Positions 1 through 9,976 of a stretch of DNA of 64,000 nt are shown here, one piece after another. The position numbers and the translations under genes were made by a program. This DNA is from an uncultured bacterium (lineage in GTDB: Bacteria; Verrucomicrobiota; Verrucomicrobiia; Limisphaerales; UBA8199). A model generated the notes under the pieces. It had not been told where the DNA came from, made no database searches, and saw only the letters and a program-made list of their open reading frames with translations. Location of the stretch: positions 768,001 through 832,000 of the forward strand of contig CAVVMW010000001.1 in assembly GCA_963749495.1 (NCBI GenBank). The letters are read 5' to 3'. The number at the start of each line of letters is the position of its first letter. The stretch's first letter is position 1.

Positions 1-340
1 GGCCGCCGCGCTGGATTATGTCTTTAGCCACGGCCAGTGCGCCAAGGTTTGGTTGGAGGCGCCGATGCCGGTGGTCCTGCTGGACCTGGCCCTGCCCAAG
101 GTGCACGGGTTGGAGGTGTTGCGCCGGATCAAGGCCGACCCACACACCCGGCGCATCCATGTCATCGTGCTGACTGGCTCCCGTGAGGACGCGCATGTGC
201 GCGAGGCCTTGCGCCTGGGGGCGGCGGCCTACATCGTCAAGCCCGTGGACTTCCGGAATTTCAGCGCCATTACCCCGCAACTCGACTGCTCCTGGATGTT
301 GCTCGGGCGCTCCGCTCAGGAACGGCCCGGGTGCGAGTAA
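1..340 (+). CDS. Response regulator receiver protein (5' partial)
   Basis: VVLLDLALPKVHGLEVL...VLTGS...AYIVKPVDF: REC motifs (phospho-Asp, T, KP); frame open from the window edge. Confidence 0.9.
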   Translation, partial: AAALDYVFSHGQCAKVWLEAPMPVVLLDLALPKVHGLEVLRRIKADPHTRRIHVIVLTGSREDAHVREALRLGAAAYIVKPVDFRNFSAITPQLDCSWMLLGRSAQERPGCE

Positions 341-445
341 CTGCTCGGGTCGCAGTGAAAAGTGCCGCCGGATAGGAGCGCGGACGCCTCGTCCGCGCAT
401 CGCTGGCGGCAAAAAAACGCGCGGACCGGGCGTCCGCGCTCCTAT
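337..445. repeat. Truncated MITE copy with REP-like hairpin
   Basis: GTAACTGCTCGGGTCG (337-352) resembles the 13300 MITE end; hairpin ATAGGAGCGCGGACG...CGTCCGCGCTCCTAT (372-445) also occurs at 13319-13391. Confidence 0.65.
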
Positions 446-449
446 GCGG

Positions 450-602
450 GGGCCGTTGACAAAGTTGTAGCGCAGGTTTCCAAACCTGTTGTATCGCCGA
501 TTTCCAATCGGCAGGGCGTGGGCATGTCGAGCGCCCCCGGGTTTGCGGACGGCCTGCGGGTTTGGAAACCAGCGATACAGCAGGTTTGGAAACCTGCGCT
601 AC
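450..602. repeat. Partial MITE/REP palindrome (family of 20877-21079)
   Basis: GGGCCGTTGACAAAGT followed by GTAGCGCAGGTTTCCAAACCTG...CAGGTTTGGAAACCTGCGCTAC, near-identical to 20878-21030. Confidence 0.8.
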
Positions 603-1957
603 GCTGGCGGGGAACAACTGGTTCTTTTGAACCCTACGCCACCTGGGCTGACTCCGGGCATCGCCATGGGTGCGATGTCCAGCTTCATCTTCCAATCCAG
701 TTCGTCAGGCACGAGTTTTTCCTGGGAGTTCATGGCCTGGTCCCAGGTGACTTCCTGGCCCGTGTAGGCGGCCATGCGGCCCATGAGCGCCATCAGCGTG
801 CTCTGGGCCATCCGGGGGCCGTCGTTGATGGGCTGGCCGCTGCGGATGCTGGCAAAGAGTTCCTTGTGCTCCTGGTCGTACATATCGACCTGGTCCGGCG
901 TCTTGCGGTAGCGCCAGGTCTGTTTGCCCTTGATAATGGGGTCCATCCAGCCGGACCGGCCGACCCCCTCGGCGCCCATCAGGTAATCGGAGTTGTCACT
1001 GTAGCTCTTGTTGCCGCCGATCTGCTTCTGGCCAACGAACCCGCGCACGTCATTGGCAAACTCATAGACCACGAACATGTGGTCGAAGATATTGCCCTGG
1101 TTGTTGGGGGTCTGGCGCCCGCCCACGGCCACCGCCTTGAGCGGGGGCACGTCCTTCATGGCCCAGGCCACCTTGTCCACGCTGTGGCAGCACTGCTCCA
1201 GGTAGCCGTCGCCGGAGAGCCAGACGAAGTTGTACCAGTTGCGCAACTGCCATTCCAGGTCGCCCATGCCGCCGGGCCGTTTGCTGGCCGCGGGCATCGG
1301 CTTGACCGGGCCCGTGTAGTAGGTGGCGTAGATGGCACGGATTTCCCCGATCGCCCCGTCGTGAATGCGCTTGTAAAACTCCCGCCGCGGCTTGTCGTAA
1401 CGCCAGCAGAACCCCGCCACCAGGGCCAGTTGCTTTTCCTTGGCTGTTTTGGCCGACTCGATGACCGAGCGCAGCCCGGGGGCGTCCGTGGCCATCGGCT
1501 TCTCGCAGAAGACGTGCTTGCCCGCGGCGACCGCCGCCTTGAGGTGCACCGGGCGGAACCCGGGAGGCGTGGCCAGCAGGACCACATCCACCCCGCTCTC
1601 GATCACCTTCTGGTAGGCGTCCAGCCCGGCAAAGCACTTCTCCGGGGCGACCTTGACCCGTTCTTTGCAATTGTCCGGCAAGCTGCCCTGGAGGCCTTGC
1701 AGGGTATTCTGCATCGGCTCGGGGAAGGCGTCACCCAGGGCGGTCAGCACCGCATTCTGGTCTCCCTTGAGGGCATTGACGGCGGCGCCCGAGCCGCGCC
1801 CGCCGCAGCCGATCAGCCCGATGCGCAGCGTATCGCTGCTGGCCTGGGCCCCCAGGTTGCCCGGCAAAAGCGCCGGGGCGGCCAGCGCCCCGCCCACCAG
1901 CGCGGAGGTCTTGAGAAATTCCCGTCGTGTCGTCAGCGTGTTATTTGGCGTGTTCAT
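599..1957 (-). CDS. Gfo/Idh/MocA oxidoreductase with Tat signal
   Basis: TRREFLK Tat motif; IGLIGCGGRG Rossmann motif; FCEKP. Confidence 0.92.
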   Translation of the reverse strand: MNTPNNTLTTRREFLKTSALVGGALAAPALLPGNLGAQASSDTLRIGLIGCGGRGSGAAVNALKGDQNAVLTALGDAFPEPMQNTLQGLQGSLPDNCKERVKVAPEKCFAGLDAYQKVIESGVDVVLLATPPGFRPVHLKAAVAAGKHVFCEKPMATDAPGLRSVIESAKTAKEKQLALVAGFCWRYDKPRREFYKRIHDGAIGEIRAIYATYYTGPVKPMPAASKRPGGMGDLEWQLRNWYNFVWLSGDGYLEQCCHSVDKVAWAMKDVPPLKAVAVGGRQTPNNQGNIFDHMFVVYEFANDVRGFVGQKQIGGNKSYSDNSDYLMGAEGVGRSGWMDPIIKGKQTWRYRKTPDQVDMYDQEHKELFASIRSGQPINDGPRMAQSTLMALMGRMAAYTGQEVTWDQAMNSQEKLVPDELDWKMKLDIAPMAMPGVSPGGVGFKRTSCSPPA

Positions 1958-2065
1958 AGTCAGCAAATGCTCCGGCGATATTGACCGCGCCGGGCGGTCA
2001 AGTAAATACCCAAATTCAGGTATTGCGCTCCGGCCGCGGATCTGCTAATGAGTAGTGCAACGGCA

Positions 2066-2139
2066 GCGGGTGTGGTTCAGTGGCAGAATGCGGGCTTCCC
2101 AAGCCTGAGATGAGGGTTCGATTCCCTTCACCCGCTCCA
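2066..2139 (+). tRNA. tRNA-Gly (CCC)
   Basis: GCGGGTG...CACCCGC acceptor stem, anticodon loop TTCCCAA, GGTTCGATTCC T-arm, encoded CCA. Confidence 0.97.
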
Positions 2140-2378
2140 TCCTTCCACATCAACGACTTACACAAGATTTCCAAGAGAAAAAGCCTATGATCGCAAAGCT
2201 CGGTTGCGTCGTTGGTGGGCAGGCACTTACAGCGACCGCAGACTTTCATACTCGATCATTTTGTCCCATCGGTGGCCCTATCTGGTTTTTCAGCTTTGAA
2301 GGTCTGGTAGTCGTAAGCCCTTCTCCCGGCGTGGCTTAGGCGGTGCGCTGCGTTGGACGGGCCGAGCGAGCCAAGGCG

Positions 2379-2406
2379 TTGACAAGCCCCCAGCCCATGA
2401 TACAGT
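2379..2406 (+). promoter_or_regulatory. Sigma70-type promoter of the IS ORFs
   Basis: TTGACA-N16-TACAGT with extended TGn, about 40 nt before ATG 2449. Confidence 0.55.
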
Positions 2407-2448
2407 ATTAAATATCTGACGGATAGTTTAACACTATATCATTTGCCT

Positions 2449-3111
2449 ATGACGCCTCCACGGCCCGCGACCGAGCGCCTGGAAAAATTGTTCCACCGCC
2501 GCAAGTGCTGGATGCTCGACCAACTCGCCGAGGCTCTCGGCTACGCCCTGATCTCGGTGCGCCGCTTCCTCAAGCAGGTCGGCTACTTCAGGAGTTACAC
2601 CCAGAACGGCAAGTGGTACACTCTGCGCGATTCCCCAGACTTTGACCGAGATGGCCTGTGGCACTACAGAGGGATCGGCTTTTCCAAACACGGCAGTCTC
2701 ACCGCCACCATTGATCACCTGGTCGGAGGCAGCCCCGCCGGACTGTCCGCCAGCGAACTGACCGGGAAGTTGCAACACCCCTGTCACGCCGTTTTGAGCC
2801 AACTGCACAAGGCGGGCCGATTGGATCGTCTCCGGCTCTCAGGCCAGTTTCGCTACCTGGCGGCCGACCCGCACCTCAATCGCCAGCAGCGCGAGCAAGC
2901 CGCCTTCGCGCAAGCCACCAGCCCCACGGCCGCGCTGAGCACGCAAACCACCCTCTGGGTCTTGGTGGAATACATCAAGGAGCCCGCACTGAGCTTCGAG
3001 CAGATCGCCACCCGGCTCCGAGAGCAACGTAACCTCGCCGTGGCTCCCGAGAGCATCCAGCGCTTCTTCCAGGAACACGGTCTAAAAAAAACGCCCCAGG
3101 CACCCAACTGA
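2449..3111 (+). CDS. IS accessory/DNA-binding protein (orfA)
   Basis: HTH-like segments; ends at A8 run (LKKT) just upstream of the transposase frame. Confidence 0.7.
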   Translation: MTPPRPATERLEKLFHRRKCWMLDQLAEALGYALISVRRFLKQVGYFRSYTQNGKWYTLRDSPDFDRDGLWHYRGIGFSKHGSLTATIDHLVGGSPAGLSASELTGKLQHPCHAVLSQLHKAGRLDRLRLSGQFRYLAADPHLNRQQREQAAFAQATSPTAALSTQTTLWVLVEYIKEPALSFEQIATRLREQRNLAVAPESIQRFFQEHGLKKTPQAPN

Positions 3112-3146
3112 ATACGCTGGCCACCTTCCGGAGTTACCAGGAGAAG

Positions 3147-4930
3147 TTGGCGAGAGAGAGTTCCCCGGCCTGTCTGTTCGCGCAACGGCCTACCGTGCCC
3201 TTTCGGCCCGCCCAAACCGATTGCCCCGACTGTCGGGCGCCGCTCCAGGTTTACAAAACCCAGCGCCGAAGGGTTCAGACCCTGCCGCTGGGCTGCTTTA
3301 GCGCGCACGAAACCCTCCTGCACTGCGAGCACTGCCCCAACGACACCCTCTATGGCGCCGAGTCTCTCAGTCAACTGGTGCCCTCGGGCTGCACCTTTGG
3401 GTACGATGTGCTGGTCTTCGTCGGCCAGGCGCTTTTCTTGCACCAGCGCCGGGCCGAGCAAATCATCGAGGAATTGCAAGCGCACCAGGTTCGGCTCAGT
3501 CCCAGTGAAGTCGGCTATCTGGGAAGAAAGTTCGTCGTTTACCTCGCCCTGGCGCACCGGCAGTCGGCGCCACCCCTCAAGCAAGCCATGCGCGCCCAAG
3601 GCGGTTACATTCTCCATCTGGATGGCACCGGTGAAGGGGGCGGGCCGATGTTGATGAGCAGCCTGGATTCGCTCTCGGAAATCGTGCTGGGCAATGTGAA
3701 GGTGCCCTCGGAAAAGACCGAGCAGATTGTCCCGTTCCTGCAGGAGATCAAGCGCCGCTTTGGGGTGCCGGTGGCGGCCGTCCATGACATGGGCCACGGC
3801 ATCCTGGCGGCAGTCCAGAGGGTGTTTCCCGGCGTGCCGGACTTTGTTTGTCATTTTCATTTTCTGCGCGATGCCGGCAAGGATCTCCTGGAGGCCGACT
3901 ATGACGCTATCCGGCAGCGCCTGCGCAAGCATGGCCTGACCGAAAAGCTGCTCTATTACGCTCGCCGGTTCAAAGCTGCCATTGATGAGCAGCCCGGCTT
4001 GGTCGAGAGCTTCTGTCAGGATGTGCAGGGCCACTGTCTGCCGAGCGAGAAGCTGGAGGTCTTTCCGCTGCTCTGTGCCTACGCTCTGATCCAGTGGGCA
4101 CTGGAGGGTAAAACCGACGGCCAGGGCTACGGGTTCCCCTTTGATCGGCCTCACGTGCAGTTTGCCAAGCGCCTGCGGCTCTGGGGCAGGGCTTGGAACA
4201 AATCAAGGACGTTCACCTCCGCGGCCAATGGGCGGACAACAAACCGCTATTCAAGCTGTCCTGTGAACTCAAAGGAATCTACGCCGATGAGGGCCTGCAA
4301 AGAATGCTCACCGCCATCGACCTCAAGATCGCGGTGTTCGACCGACTGCGTAGCGCGATGCGTATTGCCGAAGCCGGCGGAGCCGCTGGTCTCAACTCTG
4401 GCAGCCGCCCGATGGCTATGGGCCCGATTGAAAAGGCGGTCGAGCACTTCCACCAGGAGATTACCTCCCGTGCCGATTACCCTTCCACCCCCCACTGGCA
4501 GGCCCTCATCGGGCAGATCGACAAGTATAAAGACAAGCTCTTTGCCGATCCGATCACGGTGAGGACCCCCAGCGGAACACGGCGCCTCCAACCCCAGCGC
4601 ACCAACAACCTTATGGAGCGGTTCTTCCGCGATTTTCGGCGAGGAGCTCGCCGCAGAAGCGGGCACAACTCGATCAGCCGCTTGCTCCAAAGCATGATCG
4701 CCGACACCCCATTGGTCCGAAATCTGGAAAATCCTGGCTGCCTCAAAATCCTGCTCAACGGCCAGGCTACCCTCGAAGAACGCTTTGCCCAGATCGACGC
4801 TCAAACCGTTCGCGAAGAACTGCGGGCGGTTCAAGGCTCCTTGGAGAAAGTACCTCCGCAAATCCGGCAACTGATCGCACTCCCCGCCTTCCCCGAGGCC
4901 ATCTGCCGCCTATTTCAGAAAGCCGCCTGA
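3147..4930 (+). CDS. DDE transposase, IS66-like (1-bp frameshift near 4180)
   Basis: CPDC...CEHC Zn motif, LHLDGT, VHDMG, CHFHFLRD, RTNNLMERFFR; split across ORFs 3147-4562 and 4193-4930. Confidence 0.8.
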
Positions 4931-5007
4931 CGCACCGATCCAACGGACTTTTGTTTCCATAGAAAGAAAGACTGGAAAACAGCGCCCTTGGAAGCCATAT
5001 TGCTGCT

Positions 5008-5745
5008 GTGAACGATGAACTCACGAGTGCGAGCTGTCGGCTTTGCGGCCGGAAAATTGGCAAGCGCCAGGCGACCAACCATCTCAAGACTTGCTGGGAA
5101 CGGCACGCGATTGCCGAGCCCGGCAAAACGGTTCGCCACTGGTTCCATCTGATCGTGGCGGCCAGGTACGCGCCCGATTTCTGGCTGCACCTGCAAGCGC
5201 CGGGCCACCGCACGTTCGGGGAGTTGGACAGCGTCCTGCGCCGCCTCTGGCTGGAATGTTGCGACCATCTAAGCGCGTTTGAGTTTCCCGTCAAACGCCC
5301 CCCACATCCGCGCGGCTTTCCGCACGATATCGGGCGGTTGTTGGCCGCGCTGGACCAATGCGCCCGGCAGCCGATGCCGGAGGACGACAACGCACTGATG
5401 GACAAGACCTTGGGCAGCAGACTCGTGCCTGGCATGGGGTTTTCTCATCAATACGATTTCGGCTCCACCACTCACCTGGCGCTGCGTGTCGTCGGCGAAC
5501 ACCATGCGCCCGCAATCAAAGGCGACTTTAAGCTGCTGGCCCGCAACGAACCGCCCCTCTTTCCGTGTTCGGTCTGCGGAAAACCGGCCACGCAGTTCTG
5601 CCATGAGTGTGCCGATACCGACAGCGCCGATCTCTGTGATGGCTGCGCCAGCATGCACGAGTGCGGTTCCGACGCGCTGGTGCCGCTCATCAACTCTCCG
5701 CGTCTCGGCGTTTGCGGCTATTGTGGCCCCTCCGTCGAACCCTGA
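5008..5745 (+). CDS. pRiA4b ORF-3-like / IS1096 passenger TnpR-like Cys-rich protein
   Basis: LRRLWLECCDHLSAF, YDFGSTT, ARNEPP, NSPRLGVCGY. Confidence 0.75.
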   Translation: MNDELTSASCRLCGRKIGKRQATNHLKTCWERHAIAEPGKTVRHWFHLIVAARYAPDFWLHLQAPGHRTFGELDSVLRRLWLECCDHLSAFEFPVKRPPHPRGFPHDIGRLLAALDQCARQPMPEDDNALMDKTLGSRLVPGMGFSHQYDFGSTTHLALRVVGEHHAPAIKGDFKLLARNEPPLFPCSVCGKPATQFCHECADTDSADLCDGCASMHECGSDALVPLINSPRLGVCGYCGPSVEP

Positions 5746-5933
5746 AGCCTGGCGGGCCACGTCGGGCCCATTGCCGCGACGTAGATGGCGGCGCCGCGAT
5801 ACTTCATCCTGCGATCCTCATTTGCCGCCATCCGTGAACAACTCGTATGGTTCATTTATCTTGACTCCTGGCGGCAAGCCCCGGCAGATTTAGCCCATGC
5901 CGCGCACGTTGCACATTCGGAGAAGACGATTCA

Positions 5934-7010
5934 GTGACCCCGCGTGAACGAGTTCTGGCCGCGTTGGGCCACCGGCAACCGGACCGCGTGCCGCGGCTGC
6001 TGTATGAAGAGGCGATAGGTTACACGCCGCCCATCGAGCGGCTGCTGCTGGAACATTGCAGCCCCAGAACACCGCGCGAGTATTTTGAAATGGACATCAC
6101 CCGCGTGGTCCTCGCTCCAAGCCGTTTGCGGCGAGACCGGTTTGCGGAATGGCTCGGAGCAGAGGCCTCGGCGGCGCTGGCCAGCGGCCAGGTCAATGAG
6201 TGGGGGGTATGGCGGCGGACAGGCAACTTCCATCACTTCACCCGCCTCCAGTCGCCATTGCGGGGGATTGAGAATCTCCAGCGGCTCAAAAGCTATCCCT
6301 GGCCGGACCTCGACCAAGCCTACCGCTTTGAACCCGTCCGCCGCCAGGTCGAGCACTGGCACGCACAAGGCCTGGCAGTCGCCGCCTCGGCGGGATCCGT
6401 GTTCGAGCGTTCGTGGTATTTGCGCGGCCTGGAAGAACTGCTGGTCGATATGCTCGAGGCGCCGGAGATAGCACATTTCCTCTTCGAACGCACGGCGGCA
6501 TTGCAGAAAGTGGTCGCCGAGCGGCTCGCTCGGTCCGGAGTGGACATCATCATCCTTGGCGACGACGTGGCGACCCAGCGGTCGCTCATGATGCGGGTCG
6601 AGACGTGGCGAGAGTTCCTTGGACCGCGCTTGGCGGCCACTGCGCAGGCGGTAAAGGCGGCCAATCCGGCTTCGTTTGTATTCTACCATTCGGATGGGAA
6701 TGTGTCGGCCCTGGTTCCGGACTTGATTCAGGCGGGCATGGATATCCTGAATCCTGTCCAACCGGAATGCATGGACCCGGCGGCGCTCAAGCAGCAGTAT
6801 GGGGATCGGCTTTCCTTTTGGGGGACTGTGAGCGTGCAAAAGACGATGCCGTTCGGTTCATCGGAAGAGGTCCGAGCCGAAGTGCGAGCCCGGATCCGCG
6901 AAGTGGGTCGAGGTGGCGGCCTCATTTTGGCGCCAGCCCATGTCTTGAGCCCGGAAGTGCCCTGGGAGAATATTGTCGCCTTTTTCGAGGCGGCCTCTGA
7001 ACCCCTATAG
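5934..7010 (+). CDS. Uroporphyrinogen decarboxylase-family (MtaA/CmuA-like) protein
   Basis: MTPRERVLAAL..PDRVP, GDDVATQ, YHSDGNV, LNPVQPECMD, ILAPAH. Confidence 0.88.
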   Translation: MTPRERVLAALGHRQPDRVPRLLYEEAIGYTPPIERLLLEHCSPRTPREYFEMDITRVVLAPSRLRRDRFAEWLGAEASAALASGQVNEWGVWRRTGNFHHFTRLQSPLRGIENLQRLKSYPWPDLDQAYRFEPVRRQVEHWHAQGLAVAASAGSVFERSWYLRGLEELLVDMLEAPEIAHFLFERTAALQKVVAERLARSGVDIIILGDDVATQRSLMMRVETWREFLGPRLAATAQAVKAANPASFVFYHSDGNVSALVPDLIQAGMDILNPVQPECMDPAALKQQYGDRLSFWGTVSVQKTMPFGSSEEVRAEVRARIREVGRGGGLILAPAHVLSPEVPWENIVAFFEAASEPL

Positions 7011-7047
7011 CAGGCATCCACGTCTTCACTCCAAACAATCTAACACC

Positions 7048-8331
7048 ATGAGCACACAAATACCCTTGAGAATCGCTTGTGTCGGCTGCGGCGCCCGAGC
7101 GCAGACTTATGTGCAGCTTGCTGGCCGGTTTCCGGATCGCTTCCGGATTGTCGCCGGCGCCGATCCGGTGGCCGAACGGGTGGAGAGGATAAGGCGCCTC
7201 TCGGCCAATCCTGAATTTAGAGGATTTGCCCGCGGCGAAGACCTGTTGTCGGCGGGGAAGCTGGCCGATGTCGTCCTGGTAGCCACCCAGGATAGTGACC
7301 ACTACGAGCCCTGCCGTCGGGCTTTGGAATTGGGATGCGACGTGTTGCTGGAAAAGCCCATCGCCACTCGTGTCGGCCAGGTGCTCGAGATCGAACGTCT
7401 GGCCAACAAGACCGGCCGCCGAGTCATGGTCTGCTTTGTCCTGCGCTTCGCCGCGTTTTATCGGAAGGTGAAGGAGATCATTGATTCGGGCCTCATCGGG
7501 GAAGTGGTGTTGATTCAGGCCAACGAAGGCGTCATGCCCTGGCACCAGGCCCATTCCTTCGTGCGCGGCCATTGGGCGGTTACCGGGAAGAGCTCCCCCA
7601 TGATTCTGTCCAAGTGCTGCCACGACATGGATGTCATCCACTGGCTCGTGGGACGACGTTGTTGACGTCTTTCCAGTTACGGCTCGCTGGAGTTCTTCCG
7701 CCCCGAGCGTGCCCCTGCCGGAGCGCCGTCTCGATGCACGGAGGGCTGCCCGGAGCAAGCCGTGTGCCCCTACAATGCCCTGCGATATGCGGATGACATG
7801 CGCGTGCCTTGGCTGGCCCAAGTGTATGACCGCGCCGCCGATGCCTCCCGTGAAGAAATTGTGGCTTGGCTGGCCACAAGTCCATGGGGACGTTGCGTTT
7901 ATCGTTGCGACAACGACGCCGTCGATCGGCAGGTGCTCGCCATGGAGTTTGAGGGCGGCATCACGGGCACCTTTACCATGACGGCGTTTGCCAGCGGCCG
8001 CCATATCGAGGTTTACGGCACCCGGGGCGCGCTCAAAGGCGGCGAAACCTACCGGCAACATCTTGGCGTTCACCTCCTGGTTATTCCCCACGAAGGTTCG
8101 GTGCAGCGCTACACCGTCCAGGCGGAGGACGGAGGCTATGAACTGCACGGCGGTGGAGATGCCGGACTGGTGAAAGCCCTCTATGGCGAGATGACCAAAT
8201 CGGCCGAACAGCCGCTGGAAGCGGGCATCGAATCCACGGTGCACAGCCACGTCATCGCCTTCGCCGCCGAAGAGTCGCGCCTGACCGGCCGGCCGGTGGA
8301 CGTGGCCCAATACCAAAGGGCTTGGAGCTGA
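7048..8331 (+). pseudogene. Gfo/Idh/MocA oxidoreductase with in-frame TGA at 7663-7665
   Basis: VGCGARA, LLEKP, KCCHDMD; the same frame resumes after TGA as RLSSYGSLEFF...CPY and joins ORF 7762-8331. Confidence 0.8.
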
Positions 8332-8364
8332 CCAGCAGCCGGGAGTTCTCATCTCCTCCGTCTT

Positions 8365-8724
8365 ATGAGCCGCCTGGATCGAATTGCGGACTGGGGGCCG
8401 CTCGCCGCGCTGGCTGGGTACAACGCGGCGAGGCTGGCCGCCCAACGCGGTGTCACCTACGAGCAACTGAGAAGGCACTTCGCCCGCAGGTTCGGCGCCG
8501 CGCCGCAGGCCTTTTTGGATGAGCTGCGCCTCTCCCAGGCCGCGGCCCACCTGCGATCCTCACGCCTCTCGATCAAGGAGATCGCGGGAAAACTCGGGTT
8601 CGCCGACCCGAGCCAGTTTTGCCACCGGTTCCGCGCCCGTTTCGGCTGCTCGCCCGGTGAGTACGCCGCCCGGTTCCGTCTCTCGCCGCAACCAAGCCCC
8701 AGCCCCGCGGGGCCCTGCCCGTGA
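8365..8724 (+). CDS. Stand-alone AraC-type HTH protein
   Basis: LRRHFARRFG..P, SIKEIAGKLGFADPSQFCHRFRARFGCSPGEY. Confidence 0.85.
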   Translation: MSRLDRIADWGPLAALAGYNAARLAAQRGVTYEQLRRHFARRFGAAPQAFLDELRLSQAAAHLRSSRLSIKEIAGKLGFADPSQFCHRFRARFGCSPGEYAARFRLSPQPSPSPAGPCP

Positions 8725-8970
8725 TGCCCAAGGCCAAGATCCTGATCGTCAGCGAGAGCCCCATCCTGCCAACCGGGATGGGCGTGGTCATCCGGCTCAT
8801 CTCCGGAACGCTGCTGGACAGGTACCCAGACCGCTACGAGTTGCACCAGGTCGCTCTCTACCACAGCTACCCCGTGGCAGAGCCCAGGTGGCCGCTCTAC
8901 CCAACGCGGCGCGCCAGGGACGCGCAGGGGACGCCTATCTTCCTGGCCGCCGACGCCAACGGCGAGATCA
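8724..8970 (+). pseudogene. N-terminal fragment of a GT4-like glycosyltransferase
   Basis: KILIVSESPILPTGMGVVIR resembles a GT-B N-terminus; degenerates after about 80 codons. Confidence 0.5.
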
Positions 8971-9157
8971 CGGGGTGTTGTCTGCCGCACAGATTCATTG
9001 TCCCAGACACACATTTTCGGGTGCGCCGGGCAAGATCGAGCGCCGGAGGGCGGCGGCGCGCGCGGGCCGGGGGGAATCCGCGAGTTCGCGGGCCCGCTGG
9101 GGGCCGTGGGGCAAAGGCAGGGCGGCGGAGCAGCCGCGCGGCCACAGTCCAGGCCGG

Positions 9158-9710
9158 CTACCAGAACGCGAGGGTTATTAGGCCTTCCCGGTGCGGCTGG
9201 TTATCCACATTGAAGCGCCTGAGCACAGCGTCTTGACGCGAATCGAAAAAACGCGCGGCGGGGCCGGACTCAGCATGCCCGTCGCAGAAGATCACGTTGA
9301 ACCGGCCAAGGTGGCGGCGCTGATATTGCGCGCGGCGCGCCTGGAAAACACCCGGGTCCGACGCCGCCGGAGGCCGCAGGGCAAGATCCTCGAGCGCATG
9401 GCAGAGCTTATCCGAGCCGAGGAAGGCCGATGGCGGGAAGCCATAAGAGAGATCGGTCGGGGACTCGAAGGTGAACGGCTTCATGGCCGAATCGCCCAAG
9501 GCCAGCATCTCAGCAGGCTTGAGGACCTCGCTCTCGGGGGTCTGCAACTGGTACATGTTCCACCAGCCCAGCCCCAGCCCGTGTAACCCATCGCTGATGG
9601 CAGTTCCGCTGTTGTTATAGGCGTAGGCCCCATAGGCGGGGGGGGCGTTAGTCGAGTATGCCCCTGGGAGTCGATTGTACCCGCGGCAGGCCCAGACGCC
9701 GGTTGGGGCC
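9158..9710 (-). pseudogene. 5'-truncated prepilin-type protein, H-X9-DG C-terminal domain
   Basis: YGAYAYN...RRHLGRFNVIFCDGHAE; the N-terminal pilin motif is absent and replaced by a REP repeat. Confidence 0.75.
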
Positions 9711-9751
9711 GGCCCGATGCCGCCGTTGGAGAATGGAGCGCCCGGCCACTG

Positions 9752-9844
9752 AGCTTCAGGCGTCCCTTTCGGGACGCGGGTTTTTGGGGCGTCGTACCCA
9801 GCGCTGAAGCGCCGGGCTATTCTCGGGATGTCCCTCCGGGACAA
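9752..9844. repeat. REP-like repeat (family also at 33622-33812, 42744-42928)
   Basis: CGTCCCTTTCGGGACG hairpin and CGCCGGGCTATTCTCGG...TCCCTCCGGGACA. Confidence 0.7.
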
Positions 9845-9976
9845 AGCTCGACGTCGGCCCAGCGTGAACATTCACGTCAAACCCGCTCCTGCACCTGAAC
9901 AGTCACTGAGAATCAAAGTGCTGGCCGGCCCGCTGCTTGGAAGCTATCCTCCGACTCGGCAAGCAGATACCGCTAT

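Larger units (their letters stand above)
2307..4975 (+). mobile_element. IS66-like two-ORF insertion sequence (ends approximate)
   Basis: Two co-oriented ORFs, the second with IS66 TnpC-like motifs; candidate left end GTAGTCGTAAG; no convincing TIR/TSD seen. Confidence 0.6.

Noticed and set aside
7660..7700. Selenocysteine read-through of the in-frame TGA (C-U)
   Set aside because: The position corresponds to a variable, usually basic residue in the C-x-x-V-S-S-F-G motif, so CGA>TGA or an error is simpler. No clear SECIS seen.
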